Source: Neoechinorhynchus agilis (lineage: Eukaryota > Animalia > Acanthocephala). From it: DNA of 64,000 bases. Below are positions 33,329-44,959 of this stretch, one piece after another (within the stretch, counting starts at the first letter, position 1; each line of letters begins with the position of its first letter). The notes under the pieces were generated by a model that worked only from the letters and a program-made list of their open reading frames with translations, was not told the origin of the DNA and made no database searches. The stretch spans positions 9,625,480-9,689,479 of the forward strand of contig CM121342.1 of the NCBI GenBank assembly GCA_051530055.1, read 5' to 3'. Both the position numbers and the translations under genes were made by a program.

Positions 33329-33940
33329 TCAACGACTGCTATAAGACTGATGTCCCTCTTCTTTATTCACCCAAAGAATTTTTTTTCGAAATGTAATTAA
33401 ATAGGTTCTACAATAACAAAGTACAAAACGCGCAATCACGCAGCATTGCCTCGTTGTACTGCCAGCGAGATATTTTCTCACAGGAATACACCTGCTCGTT
33501 CGTCGCCGGTCGTTTCTCTTAATTTCTTTGATAGATCCTGGAGCAGAGTGAGTGCCGAGCTGCCAAGCGCTCCATAGGTCTCTACTCCAAATGGGGACAA
33601 AATAGTGAGTCCTTGCTAAATCCCTATATTTTCGTACCTTCCTCCCTTCCGCTGCACTGGTTGCACTGACTGCACCTCCAGCGATTTCGAGAGAGTACGG
33701 AGTGTTGCTTACTGCGAGAGACGTGGCGTCCCAGAGAAGGCATTTGCTCTCCCGCCACGGAAAGACCGAAATTCCGCCGGGTCGACGACCGTCTAGTCGA
33801 CAAAAATGGACGGGTTCCAAGATGTTTGAAAAGTACGATGTTCTCAACGCCCAGCGCGACAAAGGCCCAGAACTACTCGACAATGAGCATAAACTTTCCG
33901 CTTCGATGCCGCTACTTTAGCGCACACTTGACATCTCCAT
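33329..33940 (-). mobile_element. 3' fragment of a CRE-type non-LTR retrotransposon (RLE domain); mirror copy at about 57910-58521 (+)
   Basis: LDGRRPGG..FPW...CLLWDAT, AAEGRKVRKY, FVPI, frameshift to GVETYG..., TTGDERAGVFL, ENISLAVQRGNAA. Confidence 0.8.
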
Positions 33941-33947
33941 GCTCCTT

Positions 33948-35697
33948 TGTAAGTGAGCGACCGTGACACGCACTGCGCGTCCGATCGATAATGACCAAAC
34001 GATGTTTGGGGGTGTGTGCGTTTTGTTTTTGGTTTTTGCAGTTAGTCAGGTTTTGAAAAAACGTTAATAAAACTTACCTTTGATTCACATATTCGAGCAT
34101 AAAAAAGAATTGAATCAGGTACATGGTAACTGTTTGCGAAGACGGGTGATTGTGTTGGCCGAATATGATTACACCATCGAATATGTGAAAGGCAAAGAGA
34201 ATGTATATGCCGATGCACTATTAAGAATACCAGAAGTTTCAAATGAACCAGTGGAGAGTTTTGTCAATGAAATTGATCTAATAGATTGTGACGATTCAAA
34301 ACTCATAAACGCAGAGATGTTGAAACGGAGTTTAAGAAACGATATTGTGCTGGCGAGGGTGTGTAAGTATATCAAGACACCATGACCCGAAGTGATTCCG
34401 AATGATTTACGGACATATTACGAAAAGAGGGGAGAACTATCGGTCGAAAACAACATCCTATTTTGGCTGGGTAGGATGATTATCCTTGAGGCGTTGCGAG
34501 ATGGGGTTCTCAAAATGCTACATCAAAGCCAGCCCGGATGTACGTCGATGAAGTCTTTGGCCAGGATGTACGTCTGGTGGCCACGATTGGATAAAGCGAT
34601 GGAAGACTATGTGGGTCGATGTCAGGCGTGTCAAGAAGGGCAACCGAAGCAACCAGAGGTGGATATGATACCTTGGGATGTGCCGAGGACTCCCTGGGAG
34701 CGGATCCACATAGATTACGCTGGTCCAGTGCAGAGCACAATGTGGCTCATCGTGGTCCATGCGTTCACGAAGTGGCCAGAGGTAATCGAAGTGCGCTCGA
34801 ATGATGCGACGACCCTCGTCACTCATATGCGCCGATTGTTGTGCCGTTTCGGTTTGCCAAAAAAGGTGGTCATGGATAACGGTTCAAGCTTCCGATCCGA
34901 AACGTTTCAAGATTTCCTAATGAGTAATGGAATTAAACCCATTTATTCGACACCATACCACCTTCGTACTAACGGCCAAGCCGATCGATTTGTCCGAACA
35001 GTAAAAGAGAGGGTTTTCAGATGTTTCCCTCGATGCGCGTACGAAAAACAATTACAAAGCTTTCTATTAAGCTACCGAAACTGTCTAAATGCGACGACCG
35101 GAGTAAGTCCTTCGGTGGCGATGTTCGGACGCCCAATTCAAGTACTATTCAATAACCTTCACAAGGACGACCACGACACTAGGGTGGGAAACAAAGAAAA
35201 ATGGAAGGATAAGCACGACCAAGGCTCAAAATGGATGGAGTTCGAGAAGGACGAGCAGGTGTGGGTCAAGACGCAACATGATCGACGATGGTGTTTAGGG
35301 CGAGTGGAGAATCGAAATGGTCCCGTCTCCTATGAAGTTAGGACCGAAAGAGGGATAGAGAGAAAACACGCCGATCACCTGAGACCAGCAGTAGCCATAG
35401 CAGAGGCAGGGGAATTGCCGCACGGGGAACAAACGCCCAATGAGCCCATCAATGATGAACCAACGAATGAGACGGAAAGGGGATCCAATGTTACGGACCC
35501 ATTGCGAAGGAGTATGAGAATACGACGTCGACTTGAGTGGTTAAACGATTACGACACCTCCGGTCTCAATTAAGGAGGGGTGACACGCACTGCGCGTCCG
35601 ATCGATAATGACCAAACGATGTTTGGGGGGGGTGTGCGTTTTGTTTTTGGTTTTTGCAGTTAGTCAGGTTTTGAAAAAACGTTAATAAAACTTATCA
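33948..35697 (+). mobile_element. Internally deleted Ty3/Gypsy element B (RNase H end and integrase between short LTR copies)
   Basis: LTR-like repeats 33948-34075 and 35581-35697. YDYTIEYVKGKEN..ADAL, PW.RIHIDYAGP, DNG, TNGQADR. gag, protease and RT are missing. Confidence 0.9.
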
Positions 35698-38110
35698 TGA
35701 AGAGTGAAGATACTTCAAATAGTCAGTATCGAAAGGAAAGTCAGCACACTTCTGACAAGATTGTCGGATCTACCTGACATACTATCGTCTGTTTTCATGC
35801 AACCTAAATCATCTCTCCTTAAAAGGAATATGTCAAATCAAGTTGATGATGATAACCTCACGGACGGATTTGTAGGTAAGGATTTGGAATTCGTGAGTCG
35901 AACCATCAAAAAAATCTGATTTGATCAACAACGGAGTCGCAACCCTCATCCAATCTCCCTAAAATTACTAATCTCATACTGGGAGCTGCCATTTTACTTT
36001 TCCAAGAGAGTAAAAGTGTATATAACACATCTCAACTTTTCAATTTCCTACTTCAATTTGATTCTCCCAAATACGTTTCTTTTATTTCTACTCCTTTCAG
36101 CCCATCGTCACAAGGTCTAATTTCTGTCTTCCACACATCTCTTAATCCATCTTTAATGCCTACCTTTATTTCAAATGAGCTGTCCTACTCCGTTTCACTA
36201 CTACCAATCTGTACATACGACCCGGCTTTATACATCGCCCGGCTGTTAAGAATATTTGCTGGCGATTTCAATGACCGGTTAGACCTCACTATGAACTCCC
36301 GGCACGAAAAATATCCACTTATTCTTAGACATTATAGAAAATGTTTGCATTTGTTAATTCAACTGGCCATAACGTTTTAATGTGGTCTATTGGAAGCATT
36401 AGTACTTCAAGGAGAGTTCTACACTTGTCCCCTCTAAACATTGCTCTGTTCAGATCAGTTGGCCAATTACTTCTCTCGCGGATTTATTTAGCCAATAATT
36501 TGAATTATGCTCTTCCTAAAATTATTTGTTTTATCAATTCAACAGCTAATCTGTTTTTCTACCAACCACAGAAGGTTTTCTCTAGACCTTACGAAATCAG
36601 ATCACTTCGTTTTATCGGGTGTCAACTATATCAAGCTAAACATTGCCGAGAGGTTTTTCTTGTCAAAGTACTTTCCAGTCAATACTGGGCAGCTCGATGT
36701 AGACAACAGATGGCATTCGACGGTGCCTTTTTAAAAACTTTAAAGCCTTTCTATTCGAAGTGGTGGAAAGCTAACCTCCTGGTTAAAAACCCCCATTTTG
36801 GACCAGATACTAACTTCTATCATTGATTTTCATGCCTCCGCTTGCGCCAAAGGCATTATTCCGCCAATCTTATTTCGCAGATCAATTCGTAACCCCTCTG
36901 ATTTGACTCAGAATGATATTGCCAAAGTTTGGTCTCTTAATCCCAAAATTTCCTCATATAACAGCACTTCAGGAACCAAATTCTTCTCTCGGCTCCCTCG
37001 GGATTGCGTCCTCCGCTTAACAAACTTGATGTTGTAGTGTTCCCCGTATGCCTCCTGGGATATATCTTACGGCGCAGTCTTGGTTAAAAATGGGAAAAAG
37101 TAAATGCACACAACGACCTTCGCTCGATCTCCTTGCAAATCACCATCTACGAACGTGCTCTTGCGCATAAACTCAACCTTTTCGTCTTGGAGCACAACTG
37201 CATATCCAAATACTGCCATGGTTTTTTGAAAGGGAAGTCTGTTCACTGCGTTGGCTGATATTCGAACTTTGGCGACGATGCGTACCCTCTACTTGCACTT
37301 TTGGTTCCCTAAGCTACATTGTCGAAATGTTGGAATTTTTCAGTGTTCCACATAACCTAATAGCCAGGATTCATAATACGCTTTTCTCGAAAGCGTTTTA
37401 TTACGATGATGATGTTGGCAAGACGTTTTATTACCTTCTTAACGGTGTTCCACAAGGATCGCAACTCTCCCCTATTTTATTCCTTTTTTCTTCTCAATAC
37501 ATTGTACAAAATTATCCTCTTAATGCATCTATGATTTGTTATGCAGATGATATCATTTTTGTGATGAAATCTCATAGGGCAGCCAGGCTGAAACTTTTAC
37601 ACATCAATCTTTCTTTTATTTTAATAAAAACAAAATTGATCATTAAAATCCGCTCAAGCCGAATACGCAGAGACTTCAAACTATTCTTTTATTCACTTTT
37701 ATCCAACAATTCTCAATCCGTATCGAACAACTCTTTTATGCCCAAGAAGCTACGTATTCTCAGACACACGATCACAGTCAATTTATCCCCTAGGACAGAC
37801 ATTACTCAAATGAAAAAGCTTCCAAAAGTAGCAAAATCGAAAACAACTAGTGCGCCTATAAATTGGGGCTGAGTGTTAATAACCTAAGAATTATTTGGAA
37901 AACTTGGGCTATCTCCAGCTTTGTTTTTTTATTCTAGAGGTCGCCCTCCAGAACACAAGCCACTTTTTATTCAAGCGTTTTTCAGGCACATGGACTCCCT
38001 GGGCTGGGTTTCTAAAAGATTTTTGCATGCGACTTTGCGTTCGATGGACATCTAACATACACATCTAACACAGATATCCTCGGACGCTGATAAGCTGAAT
38101 AAATTATCCT
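35698..38110 (+). mobile_element. LINE family B copy 1: ORF1 C-terminus, APE, RT and 3' end (degenerate); mirror at about 53575-56136 (-)
   Basis: FQES, AGDFN, HGFLKGKS, GVPQGSQLSPILF, CYADD, YSRGRPP, GAATAAATT at about 38097. Confidence 0.85.
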
Positions 38111-38146
38111 TGTTGTTGGATACGCGGTCACGGATCTACACCGGTT

Positions 38147-39790
38147 ATGAAAAATCGCGTTAGCAGTTCAAAAACTGTTTCTGAAACCCCGGACCCTCCC
38201 GATGATCGTGGAGGATCTGTAATGGGTCAGCGAGCACCCAACTCTAAGAATTCCGGTTCCTCAGCATTGCGAGAGCCGTTGCTCTCTGATTCTGTTTCGA
38301 ACCCTACTCCTCAGCCCCATAAATGGACATCTTCAAAGAATTATCAAAAAGCTTATTTGGTTTATCCTACTAAGCAATGGCCTAATACAATCATCATAAA
38401 ATCAAACCCTATAACGCAAAAGGATGTCATTTTAATCAAACAACCACCCCATGGGCCCGTTCTTTCAAAAATGATGGAATCAAACGTATAGACCATGTTA
38501 CATATTTCGGTTGCGATCGCCAACCTCAACGATATCATGCTCGTCACATAAAGTGCAATTCTTTGCGAGTGGATTACAGGCCAGAATTAGCCAAGAGGAC
38601 AAAGAATACTTTGAAATACTATTTTATGTTTAAGCTAAACTTTTTCTTAACTAACGGAGATCAGGACTTTCGATTAAGACAGCAATGGTAGAAGGCTCGA
38701 GACAAGTTCGCGATGAACTTTGCGATAAAGTGCATTGTGCCTTTAATTGCTTTGAGATTCGTTTCTACCTCAAATCTGGAAGCGACCAAGATGACTACAT
38801 TTTTCCCCAATGTAACTGCTGCCGTAAATGGGGCCACTGGAGCCCACAATGTCCCAACCCGGCGCCTCCCAAATGCAGCAATTGTGCGGAGATATATCAT
38901 TCATTAGAAAACTGTCCAAATAAGAATGCCAAGAGATGTGCCAATTGCAACGGTCAACATTGCTTTTTTTTATAAAGGATGTACATAATTTAAAAAATAC
39001 TGTGCTTGGGCCAAAAGGGACTAAAAGATGGTACGACGAACAGCCGACTGATGAACCGAGTCCATGGTCCTGCTTCCACAACATCGCCATCAGCTGCCTC
39101 CTCAATGGGCGCTGCTTCCAAAAAAACAAATACGATATATGATCGGCCCGTTCCTACTTTTCAGTTGGTCACTATGGATTTGCTGGAACTGAGATTTTTA
39201 GAAAACGTGCGAGAAGCTTCTGTCTATAATGCAGGCTCGCTTTACAGAAGTTATTATGGTTTTTGAGAGGAAGATCTGTGCTCTCATTGGAAACTTGGCT
39301 AACCTACCCAACTTGATCTCCTCAATCATCAGCGAGCCAAATTCATCAGCCCTTAAGAGATCTAATTCCGAAGAACCCAACACTAAAGCTGCAAAGATTT
39401 CAAATATAAATCACGCTTACGATACTTGCATAGAATTAGACGACGATATGTGTATGGATGCAGAATAAAGAAATTCTGGATTTGTCAGTCGGATTATAGA
39501 GACGCAGATGTCCCTTATTGACAATGGTTCGGCCAATCTCATTCATACTAAAAAGTTCAGCTCGAAAAAGCCCAGGTAATAAAGGGGATTTTTAGAATTG
39601 TTCAATGGAACCGTGGTGGGGCGACTAATCGCTATAAGATTACACGTTTTATCCCGGGAATTTCTTTTTTTAATACAGGAAACCAAGAGCATTCATACGA
39701 GCGCTCAACTATACAATATTCTACCTCAACTATCCAGGGTTCGGCTGCTTCATCACTGCTCCTTTTGGACATTCCTCGCGTGATTTTGAT
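38147..39790 (+). mobile_element. LINE family B copy 2: gag-like ORF1 with three zinc knuckles and the start of ORF2; mirror at about 51945-53560 (-)
   Basis: CNCCRKWGHWSPQC, CSNCAEIYHSLENC, CANCNGQH (I/Jockey-type ORF1). The ORF1 C-terminus FERKICALIG..LKR is homologous to 35704-35919; LIQETKS marks the APE start. Confidence 0.8.
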
Positions 39791-40960
39791 TGGATGAGAA
39801 CGGGAGTTATTAGAGTTTTTGTTAGGGATGCGCTGAAAGGAGACCGGGGAAGGAAAGAGAAAAAACGATTCGAGAAAGAGTTGTCGACAGACAATATGAA
39901 GGTGATGAATGCAGTGTTTCTGAAGATCTAATTTTAAATAATGCTGTGATTTCGGCTCAAACATATGGATTTTATTTTCAACAGTATTATGATAATCTTG
40001 GTTGTAGTAGGCCTGTTGCAGTGTGTGTTGAGGAAAATTGGTTTTGAGGTAGGCATGAGTGGTCGAGGTGTATTGATGTTTTCGAACAGAAGGTCTTGTG
40101 GGACAATGTTTTTTGCGTAGATAATCAAAGAAGGTGGGGAGTTTTAAGATAATTTGGTGGGCAGTTTTGAGAGAGTTAGGTGGAGAGTTTTGTGAGAATT
40201 AGGTGGGAAGTGAGGCTCAAAATGTAGCACTTTTTCAGACGACTGATTATTTCAATTAAATTGAACGGTTTGCTCATTAAAATTTTAATAAAATTACGTT
40301 TCAATCTCATCAAATATTATTAAATGCGGCAAACATTTTAGACAGTCTTATTAATAAAACGCACTAGTTTACCAGCCTTGTTATATTCAAGGATGAACTT
40401 CAGGAACACATGAACGGCACTTTCTGTAATCCAAACATCTTGAGAATTTGAAAAAGAAATTGACTTTCAAAAACAAGAGTTGTTGTGTTTACTTTTGTCA
40501 TTTAAGAACGTTGTCCTCTCCTCAAAGATGAGGGAGCAATTAAAAGTATTTATTTTTTGTTGACCGGGGTTACCCATTCGTTATCCACTGCTCTAGGTAG
40601 TTAATATTTCTAAAATTCAGTACTCTCAGTTGTTGTCTTTTATGTGCCGGACCTTGTATTGCTGGTCAAATTACTGCATAACAAAAAAAACAAAAGTTGA
40701 TCAGGAAATGTAAACTACGCCGAATATTAATCGAATTTACGCAATTAACGAAAAAATGATTTGTTCAACGTAATTTTGATTGATATAAAAAATAGTTTTT
40801 ATAATTATATAATTATATAATATTTTTTTTTATATAATTATTTTTCGCTCCGCTTAGAAAAGATTAATCACTGCTCGAAAAAAGGGTTACTTCGAATAAA
40901 GTTCTATTCTGCTATGAAAACCAAGTATTTAAATCTTTATTTCTCTAAAAACTTTCGTCT

Positions 40961-41248
40961 CTAATAACTTCTACTGCAACAACAGCTTCGAGCAGTGCCG
41001 GTGATTGGAAAATTGCAATTCGGCGATGGACTTATCAAGGGAAGGCTGTGCATCATTCTTTTACAAGACGACATTTGTCCCAGATTGGTAAAACTTCCGA
41101 TTGGTTGTGGTAGAAATTGATTCTGACCAAAGGACGTTAAAGTGCTACATCGACAAATCTGTGGTTGGTGCTGCGGACAACACAAAGGATTAGAGTTCAT
41201 GTATGGATTATATTGGAACAAATCTTTGTTCATTAATCCATATCTCAT
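40961..41248 (-). CDS. Possible small Cys/Pro/Gln-rich protein; mirror at 50509-50796 (+)
   Basis: 95-aa ORF (MRYGL...LCCPQHQPQICRC...SCCCSRSY), open in both arms. Confidence 0.3.
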   Translation of the reverse strand: MRYGLMNKDLFQYNPYMNSNPLCCPQHQPQICRCSTLTSFGQNQFLPQPIGSFTNLGQMSSCKRMMHSLPLISPSPNCNFPITGTARSCCCSRSY

Positions 41249-41929
41249 TGTTCCATGTCGTCTTCTTCGGCCGATTGAAAGTTGGTGGCCCATTTTGATA
41301 CCGAGCAATGATTTTAGACCAAGAACGATGATGGTCGTATTGATCAGTTTTCATTGATTGTAGCATTTGATTGAACGCTAATTTATTGCTTTTATTCGTA
41401 TTGAGCAATTAGCGTAACTTATTACCCTGCGTGACTAAATTAAGGAAAATTTTAATGTTTTTGATTATTATCTTCGGGGGAAAAGATACTTTTTTTGGCA
41501 GTTATCCCCATCCGGATTTAAATTCATAGATTTATTGCCTATATTTCGTCGGATAATTCCGACATTATCAAAGTTTGTTCTCGAGAATGAGTGGACGAGA
41601 AGGAGGAGTTACATTCATTCGACGGGGCCTACGAAGACAAAGATGCTTTAATGGAGTGCTAATCATCCTCGGCATGGTACAATCAAACAACTATTAGAAG
41701 TGTCGATTTAAGACTTTATTTGAGGCTCTAAGAATACCAAAATAGAAAAGAGATTGTAACTGAAGTAGACATCCAGTCTCGGTTACACCTCAAAAACATA
41801 AGAACGAATTCTATGCGAGATAACTTTTAATACTTGAGGTAACCTCAACACGAATCCCAAGTAAACATTTCTAAAAAATTTGGTATAAAACGCGAGACAA
41901 GACTCGTAGTCCTCGACTAAAATCTTGCA

Positions 41930-43127
41930 ATGAATCTCCTACTCTTTGTCTTAAGCTTTCTATTTGTTCTCCTGGTTTACGGAGATTCAAGACCGTCAGA
42001 CAAATGCGTTATCACGCGTCCGTATAAAGTGAATTTTGCGATTCAGTGTGGTTTCAGCCTTGACAATTCCGCTACACTTATTGAAGCTTTAAATTCAAAA
42101 GCAAATGAATCAGTGGTCAGACTTTCCATTACAGGTGTTGGTATCGATGAAATTCCAACCAATCTATCTGAAATTCTACCAAACGTTACCACCTTAAAGC
42201 TTGAAAATTCGCCTTCAACAAAGATCGGGATATGCACCGGAAAATGCACAAACAAGTTCTATAACATTGGGACACTGGAATTGAGGTATATGAATATAAG
42301 TGAAATGGAATTCACTACATCGCATCCAAATCTCAAAGATTTAAGAATTTTAGGCGGAGAGATGGCACAACTGGATAAATCATTTGAAGCAAACCTTCCT
42401 AATCTTGAACGGCTCATTATTCTTTATAGTAAACTGTCAAGTCTTGGCGTAATCAAAAATATTTGTTCACTTCGGCACTTACTCCTGGATGAAAATAATA
42501 TAACTTCACTCGATATTGACAACGCAACTTGTTTCCAAAACCTTACCAGACTTTCTCGACGGAAACGCGATTGATTCGGTCACAATCGATCACAGCGCCC
42601 TACCCAAACTCAAATTTCTTATAATGGATTTCCATGGCGATCTTAATCAATTAATTAAAAGTCTGAACTTGCCAGAACTGACAAGCTTGAGTGTAAGGAA
42701 GACGAACAGTACGATATTTAATGTTTATAACCTGGAAAACTTACCTAAACTGAAAGCTCTGTATTTTGAAGAAGGCAAATTGGAAAGAGTGCCGATTGGT
42801 AACAAACAGACTTAGAAACATATATTGATTCTTAGCCTTGCAAATAACAATATCAGAATTGTTAATGGATCTGATTTTAAAGGATGGACAAATCTCCATC
42901 TACTTTATTTAAATCAAAACAACATCAAGAAGTTATCATCGAATTCATTCTCGAAGCTGATTAGTTTATGGTCTCTTGATTTAAGAAACAACTCTATTTC
43001 GGAATCATACACCAATACTTTCCTAGGTCTACCAAATGCTACAACAGTGTTCCTTGACGGAAATCCAATAACTACTATTCTGCCATCTATTCTTGCACCT
43101 GTGACGAGTAAAAACAAACCGGAATAA
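41930..43127 (+). pseudogene. Secreted leucine-rich-repeat protein gene with one frameshift and one in-frame stop
   Basis: Signal peptide MNLLLFVLSFLFVLLVYG and multiple LxxLxLxxNxI repeats. A 2-nt loss in the CT run near 42553; TAG at 42813-42815. Confidence 0.8.
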
Positions 43128-43197
43128 AGTCCACAAATGGAAAAAAGTCAATAAATTAAATACGCTTTACTGTTGAGTTGTGTGCTTAAATCGTTAA

Positions 43198-43340
43198 ATG
43201 GAATTCACTACATCGCATCCAAATCTCAAAGATTTAAGAATTTTAGGTGGAGAGATGGCACAACTGGATAAATCATTTGAAGCAAACCTTCCTAATCTTG
43301 AACGGCTCATTATTCTTTATAGCAAACTGTCAAGTCTTGG
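43198..43340 (+). repeat. Internal duplicate of LRR segment about 42305-42447
   Basis: Near-identical ATGGAATTCACTACATCG...CAAGTCTTGG. Confidence 0.9.
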
Positions 43341-43505
43341 AGAAAATCACTGTGCAAGTGTCTACCAAAAGAAGGGAAAAATTTAACTTCGTAAATGTGC
43401 GTGAATAACCAACAAAACAATTACTCATGCTGGAGTTCACACAAGACGTAAAATCATTTTTGAAAACATCTACAACTTGGTTTAGTCTCATCGCTATTTC
43501 AAGAA

Positions 43506-43634
43506 ATGTACGGCGGTTATTACGGATCCTACTACCCTCGACAAATCTACAATGTGTACCCAACTACTTACTCGTATCCCGCACCCTATTGTTGTCCACA
43601 GCCTGAAAGACGACGTGGATGTTCAATTCAATAA
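43506..43634 (+). CDS. 42-aa Tyr-rich small ORF ending in a CaaX box
   Basis: MYGGYYGSYYPRQIYNVYPTTYSYPAPYCCPQPERRRGCSIQ*, translated by hand (below the ORF-track cutoff). Confidence 0.5.
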   Translation: MYGGYYGSYYPRQIYNVYPTTYSYPAPYCCPQPERRRGCSIQ

Positions 43635-44959
43635 CTAAAATAATCTTAACATTAAACCGGCACTTAATTTATTTTTGATGTTTTAGGCGTGGGTTTATCG
43701 CGTTTTTACTGAATTTGACAAATCCGGTCTAAAAACAACAATTCTATTGGTTCCAGCGCTATTAAAGAATTCATCCTTGATAAAGAAATACTATATTGAG
43801 TATTTCATTTTAACTTGAAATTTAGAGATTGAGGTCCGATGATCACTCCGAACTCATAAGCGGCTCATTTTTCGCAAAAATGATTAAATTTCCTCATGAT
43901 TTAATATTTTCTGCAGTTTCATTCGTCAAAATAGTTAATTGCAATTCTCAGGTAAACGACAAATTTCGATAGTCTTGCCAGCGCTTTACTATCTACACTG
44001 CAAAATGATCACTTCTATGGATTTATATTATAAAAATTCAAAATTTTATTTTCTAATAGAGGCTCCGATAAATGACTCAAAAAGTGAAAACTTCAAGAAG
44101 GATAATATTCTTCAAATATCAATCAGCCTTTTTAAAATGAAGAAAAATGTGCGACACCACCTGATCGTGAATCGCTCAACGCCAACTTTATACAAGTTTT
44201 GTAAATTTAAATTGTAAATTTTCTTTAATGAAATAGGAGCAAAATTTCGAAAAATCTCAATATTTTATTATAAAATCCTTTAAGTAAGAAAAATCACATA
44301 CTATAATTTGTAACGTGGCAAATTAAAAACAGCAAAAGTTGGAAAAATACGAAGTTTTAAATTTAAACGTGATTTGATTCCGAAAGGTGAATCAACAAAC
44401 TCTCAGCAATTCGACGGAGATGAAGCAAAAGTGAATCGCTTAAAGGAAAACTCGCCAGTGGTATACAAGACAAATACGGCACCGCTTCTGCAGAACATCT
44501 CTAAAAATGTAGAATTCATAATAGCTTCTAATTATTCTTAAAAATTAGACCTTTAAAGAATCGTTTCTAAATGTGAAGTTAAATCAAATTTTCATAAAAT
44601 TTATAAATTTATTTTGAGCAAACATTCAGTAAAGTCTAAATCGAAATGCATTTACAATCACTAAGACTATGATCGATAGAAAATCCTTCGGGATAATGGA
44701 GTTAGAAATTTGGTGAACATGATCCCAGGTATCACATAATTAATTTATTTTTATTGTTTCTTTTTAAAGGACAATTTTAGATCAAATCGTCCCTCGCAAG
44801 GTAACTTCGCCTTAACAGTTATATGAAAAAGTTTTTCTTGTTATGTTTTTTATATGACTTGAGATCACCATTATGATTTATTCGTCATGAGTTATTTTAT
44901 AATAATCACATGCTAGATTCCTGTTAATTCGTCCATTTCCCAAGCCTTATAAAGGGCGA

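Larger units (their letters stand above)
31394..41489 (+). repeat. Left arm of an about 10-kb inverted duplication
   Basis: Colinear reverse complement of 50268-60455; mirrored ORFs throughout; scattered SNPs and 20-80-bp indels in both arms. Confidence 0.97.

Noticed and set aside
44385-44730. Two exon-like open segments on the plus strand
   Set aside because: No gene model or family could be assembled.
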